Assembly: GCA_022763805.1 (NCBI GenBank)
Contig: JALERC010000079.1
Location: 12,620-76,619, forward strand
Length of the DNA stretch: 64,000 nt
DNA from: Mycoplasmatota bacterium
GTDB lineage: Bacteria; Bacillota_I; Bacilli_A; RF39; UBA660
Direction: 5' to 3'
The notes beneath the pieces were generated by a model that was not told the origin of the DNA, did not search any database, and was given only the letters and a program-made list of their open reading frames with translations. Shown here one piece after another: positions 61,925-64,000 of this stretch (position 1 is its first letter; the number at the start of each line of letters is the position of its first letter). A program made the position numbers and the translations under genes.

Positions 61925-64000
<2,076 letters not shown>

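Overview
AT-rich (roughly 25-30% GC) chromosomal segment from a Bacillota-type (low-GC Gram-positive) genome. It uses the standard genetic code: TGA is a stop, for example at the ATGA start/stop overlap at 28685-28688. The content is origin-proximal housekeeping DNA and gene order parallels the Bacillus subtilis oriC region. The right end carries recF(partial)-gyrB-gyrA, two perfect parS sites, a small SRP RNA, tadA-dnaX-ybaB-recR-holB-ricT-yabB-rsmI-pth-mfd, then metG with a T-box leader, tatD-yabE-ksgA-ung-tilS-ftsH, parA-parB, an MscS channel, a DUF951 gene, ychF and rpsF-ssb-rpsR. The centre (13.5-27.2 kb) is the complete S10-spc-alpha ribosomal protein super-operon, rpsJ through rplQ. It has a Z-type S14, lacks map and rpmD, and an rpmJ gene missed by the ORF track was added. 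It is followed by ecfA1-ecfA2-ecfT-truA-rplM-rpsI. Of 81 features, 79 are on the minus strand; only gpsA and a CBS-domain family II pyrophosphatase are on plus. This fits transcription co-directional with a fork coming from an origin just beyond coordinate 64000. Nothing like CRISPR, IS elements, integrases, toxin/antitoxin pairs or tRNA/rRNA genes was seen. Four loci of unknown function stand out. (i) 28.4-30.7 kb: a 644-aa coiled-coil single-pass membrane protein driven by a consensus promoter, plus a DUF1292-like ORF. (ii) The left end: a Cys/Tyr-rich surface protein with a WSEW thrombospondin-like motif, translationally coupled to a second coiled-coil protein, just downstream of a CwlD-like amidase. 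(iii) 10.9-13.5 kb: a three-gene insertion (surface protein, SDR, GlmU-C-domain-only acetyltransferase) between rplQ and the ECF transporter genes. (iv) The gyrA-tadA spacer with the parS pair, direct repeats and the SRP RNA. No complete, clearly novel multi-gene system can be proven from sequence alone; each candidate carries a specific test.
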